Of a DNA stretch of 64,000 bases, positions 61,170 through 64,000 are shown piece by piece. This DNA is from a bacterium (GTDB taxonomy: Bacteria; UBA8248; JACPRG01; G963555815). The notes under the pieces are model-generated. The model was not told the origin of the DNA. It saw only the letters and a list, made by a program, of their open reading frames with translations, and ran no database searches. The translations under genes and the position numbers were made by a program. Every line of letters begins with the position of its first letter. Positions within the stretch are counted from its first letter, which is position 1. The DNA lies in NCBI GenBank assembly GCA_965218795.1, contig OZ244653.1, positions 3,808,001 through 3,872,000 of the forward strand, given 5' to 3'.

Positions 61170-61646
61170 TCATTCGTCGAACCTGTACATCTCGCAGAAA
61201 ATCTCGATGCGGTTTCTATCTGGATCCAGGAAGTAGAAGGAGCGGTTTTCGCCCCAGGAGCCGTCCCCGTCCGGGGCGGTCGTGCTGTGCTTGACCGGAC
61301 CCATTACGATTTCGACGCCCTTTCCATTGAGATCCTCCAGCATTTCGTCGAAATCTTGCCGGGTATCCACTTCGAATGCGAAATGGTGGACGCCGATATC
61401 GAGATTGTCGTCCCCGCCGCTGTCCCCCCGGCTTTCGCGTCCGGCCCAATCCGGCGAATAGATCAGATTGACGTGATGGTGATCGCGTTCGCACCGCATG
61501 AGACAAAGGCCCGGATACCCGGGGGCTTCCCCAGGCTCGTGGCGCTCGGAGACTTTCAGGCCCAGCACATCCCCATAAAACGCCATGGAGCGCTCGATAT
61601 CCGAAACCTTGATGCCGATGTGCTGCAGTCTCTTCAACCGACCCAT
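61170..61646 (-). CDS. VOC/glyoxalase family protein
   Basis: LQHIGIKV.D.ERS..FY..VLG, HHFAF, YFLDPDRNRIE. Confidence 0.88.
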   Translation of the reverse strand: MGRLKRLQHIGIKVSDIERSMAFYGDVLGLKVSERHEPGEAPGYPGLCLMRCERDHHHVNLIYSPDWAGRESRGDSGGDDNLDIGVHHFAFEVDTRQDFDEMLEDLNGKGVEIVMGPVKHSTTAPDGDGSWGENRSFYFLDPDRNRIEIFCEMYRFDE

Positions 61647-61793
61647 GTGAGATCTCCTCATGAAATGACGGGGAGGGGGATCGTTCGATGAATCAAGGGT
61701 TTTTCTCTTCCATTGGCTCACGTGGGAAATCACTTTATACTGAACCTAGAGGTCTAAAGATAGTTTCCGTCCTTGGTTCAAGGAGCCCGTCGA

Positions 61794-62453
61794 GTGTCCG
61801 AGCATGAGGACCCGCTGGATTCAGCCCCCTCCGGCGAATCCGGCTTACGGAGGCAAGTCCCCGTTTTTCCCCTTCCGAACGTCGTGTTTTTCCCGAATTC
61901 CCGATTGCCCCTTCACATCTTCGAGGCCAGGTATCGGAAGATGGTGAGCGACTGTTTGGCGGGGAGCAGGATCCTCGGCATGATGCTGATGAAACCGGGG
62001 TGGGAGACGGGGGAGATCGAATACTATGAGATCGGGGGGCTCGGCCGCATTTCCAATGTCGTCAAGTATCCGGGCGGAACCATGGACATCATCCTGAACG
62101 GACTCTGCCGTTACCGCGTCCATCGGTACATCCAGGAAACTCCCTACCTCATCGCCGAGGTGGAAACCTTCGAGGACGCCGGCTGGGAGGACGACCCCGC
62201 AACCCGGAGGACCGCGAAAGAGATGGTCCAGTTGTTTGAGAGAACGCTATACAAACAGGACGAGGAGATTCGAAAACCCATCGTTGCTCAACTTCGACTT
62301 CTGGAAAACGTTCTGGACATCACGAACTATGTTGGTTCCATCCTGGGCGGGAAGCATGAGTTGCGGCAGCGGCTGCTGGAGTCGTCTGATCCCAAGGAGC
62401 GCGTCCAATTGCTCACGGCCATTTTCCGCGGGGAGCTGGCTGAGCTCAACTGA
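61794..62453 (+). CDS. Stand-alone LON substrate-binding domain protein
   Basis: PVFPL.NVVFFP...LPLHIFEARYRKMV; GTG after AAGGAG. Confidence 0.9.
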   Translation: MSEHEDPLDSAPSGESGLRRQVPVFPLPNVVFFPNSRLPLHIFEARYRKMVSDCLAGSRILGMMLMKPGWETGEIEYYEIGGLGRISNVVKYPGGTMDIILNGLCRYRVHRYIQETPYLIAEVETFEDAGWEDDPATRRTAKEMVQLFERTLYKQDEEIRKPIVAQLRLLENVLDITNYVGSILGGKHELRQRLLESSDPKERVQLLTAIFRGELAELN

Positions 62454-62504
62454 GTATCATTGGATGATCCGTTTCCCTTCGCCGGAGGGTCCCGGTCAAG
62501 AGAT

Positions 62505-62954
62505 ATGCGCGCGGTTCTCCAACGAGTCGGGGAGGCATCCGTTACGATTGACGGTCAGGTCCAAGGGGTCATCGGCGCCGGTCTGATGATCCTTTTGGGA
62601 GTCGGTGAGGGTGACACCGGGGATGCCGCCCGCAAGCTGGTCGAGAAAATTGTTCACCTGAGAATTTTCGAGGATGATGCGGGCAAGTTCAATCGGTCGC
62701 TGTTGGACGTTGACGGTTCCGCCCTGATCGTTTCCCAATTCACCCTGTATGCCGATTGCCGAAAAGGAAGGCGCCCCTCGTTTACAGCGGCGGCCAAGCC
62801 GGAGGACGCGGAGGCGCTCTACGACATCTTTTGCAGTCTTATGCGGTCTCATGGAGTCAATGTGAAAACCGGGGTGTTTGCCGCAATGATGGATGTGCGC
62901 CTCAACAACCAGGGTCCGGTGACCATCTTGCTGGATTCAGAGGATCTCGGGTGA
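62505..62954 (+). CDS. dtd: D-aminoacyl-tRNA deacylase
   Basis: [27 protein letters not shown]. Confidence 0.96.
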   Translation: MRAVLQRVGEASVTIDGQVQGVIGAGLMILLGVGEGDTGDAARKLVEKIVHLRIFEDDAGKFNRSLLDVDGSALIVSQFTLYADCRKGRRPSFTAAAKPEDAEALYDIFCSLMRSHGVNVKTGVFAAMMDVRLNNQGPVTILLDSEDLG

Positions 62955-63817
62955 GCGCGATTCTGAAAGACCGGCTGGAGTATCTCTACTCGACATTCGA
63001 CATCCGTTACTTGTCTCCTGATCCTCTGGAAATCGTCCATCGCTACGTCCGCCGGGAGGACCGGGAGGTCGTGGGTTTTTTGGCGTCCTCGCTGGCGTAC
63101 GGCCGGGTGTCTCAAATTATTGCAAGCGTGAACCGGCTGTTGGGGATCATGGAAGCGGATGGGGGATCGCCGGCTGAATTCGTTCGGAGGTTTGACCCGG
63201 CGCGGGACGGCGGTTCATTGATGAATTTCCGTCACCGGTTCAACAACGGGGAAGACATGGCCTGTCTGATCTATTGGATGCGTCAGGCCATGGAGGAGGG
63301 CGGATCGTTGGGCGGATATTTTCTTGCCGGATACCGGCCCGAAGAGTCCAATCTGGGCCCCTCTCTGTCCCGATTCGTTCGACGGCTGCTGAAGTTGGAT
63401 CGGGGCCCTTTTTTCCCTGCCGGTCTCCCAGCCCCGGGTCAGCAGGTGAGGTATCTCCTCCCCGCGCCGGAGGACGGGAGCGCGTGCAAACGACTCAACC
63501 TGTATCTTCGCTGGATGGTCAGGCGGGGGGACAACCTGGACTTCGGCCTTTGGAAAGAGGTCTCCACCGCCCAGTTGGTGATCCCCCTGGATGCCCATGT
63601 CTCGCGCATTGCTCGATATCTGGGGTTGACGACCCGCCGGACTGCGACATGGCGGACGGCTATCGAGGTGACAGATCACCTGCGAGCCCTCGATTCGAAA
63701 GACCCGGTAAAGTACGATTTTTCTTTGTGTCGCCTGGGGATTTTGGAATTCTGCCCGAAGAAAAGACACTTCTTGAAGTGTAGAGCCTGTCCATTGGTGG
63801 ATGTTTGTCGGCTCTAA
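62951..63817 (+). CDS. TIGR02757/DUF2400 family protein
   Basis: [34 protein letters not shown]; C-terminal Cys cluster. Confidence 0.9.
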   Translation: MSAILKDRLEYLYSTFDIRYLSPDPLEIVHRYVRREDREVVGFLASSLAYGRVSQIIASVNRLLGIMEADGGSPAEFVRRFDPARDGGSLMNFRHRFNNGEDMACLIYWMRQAMEEGGSLGGYFLAGYRPEESNLGPSLSRFVRRLLKLDRGPFFPAGLPAPGQQVRYLLPAPEDGSACKRLNLYLRWMVRRGDNLDFGLWKEVSTAQLVIPLDAHVSRIARYLGLTTRRTATWRTAIEVTDHLRALDSKDPVKYDFSLCRLGILEFCPKKRHFLKCRACPLVDVCRL

Positions 63818-63846
63818 ATCAGTTGCAAGAGAAGTCATTGGGATTA

Positions 63847-64000
63847 GGGCCTGTTACCAGTAGCGCAGTGCATCGACGATGAGCGCGAACAGGATGAACC
63901 CGAGGTCAGGGCGTCGAGTTTCTCGAAGCGGGTGAAGATCCGTCGAAAGCCCTTCAATCGGCGGAACAGACGATCGACTTCGTTGCGCCTCTTGTACGTC
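63847..64000 (-). mobile_element. End of an IS5-family element with transposase C-terminus, apparently frameshifted; runs off window
   Basis: Minus strand YKRRNEVDRLFRRLKGFRRIFTRFEKLD, then GFILFALIVDALR in another frame; terminal GGGCCTGTTA next to TTA. Confidence 0.8.

Overview
GC-rich bacterial chromosomal window. Gene order and protein styles resemble Deltaproteobacteria/Nitrospinota-type lineages, but this is inference only. It is mostly intact housekeeping operons: M23 peptidase/gamma-CA, DUF47-pit-ppx, yceD-rpmF-plsX-fabH-fabD-fabG-acpP-fabF-rnc, smc-ftsY, yggS-proC-yggT-divIVA-yggU-mtnA, clpB-dnaK-cbpA-hspR-(htpX)-grpE-dnaJ, rpoZ, HU/IHF, ruvCAB-DUF2905-spoIID-queA and dtd. Accessory enzymes are interspersed, along with one intact IS630 and the end of an IS5. 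No rRNA, tRNA or CRISPR array was seen. Reading across frames shows several accessory genes broken by small indels that the ORF track misses. The most notable (29485-30388) reconstructs, after removing four tandem-duplication insertions, to a 296-aa secreted fusion of a P19/Tpd-like iron-transport domain and a class II cytochrome c (CxxCH). It lies divergent from a cupredoxin-like secreted protein. Other highlights are tandem NrdR-like boxes upstream of smc, a membrane-anchored NifU/NfuA beside an ATP-grasp enzyme and FNR, an in-frame internally deleted htpX, a ruvC lacking a canonical start, and a nested REP element. All family calls come from recognising motifs by eye; no database searches were run.
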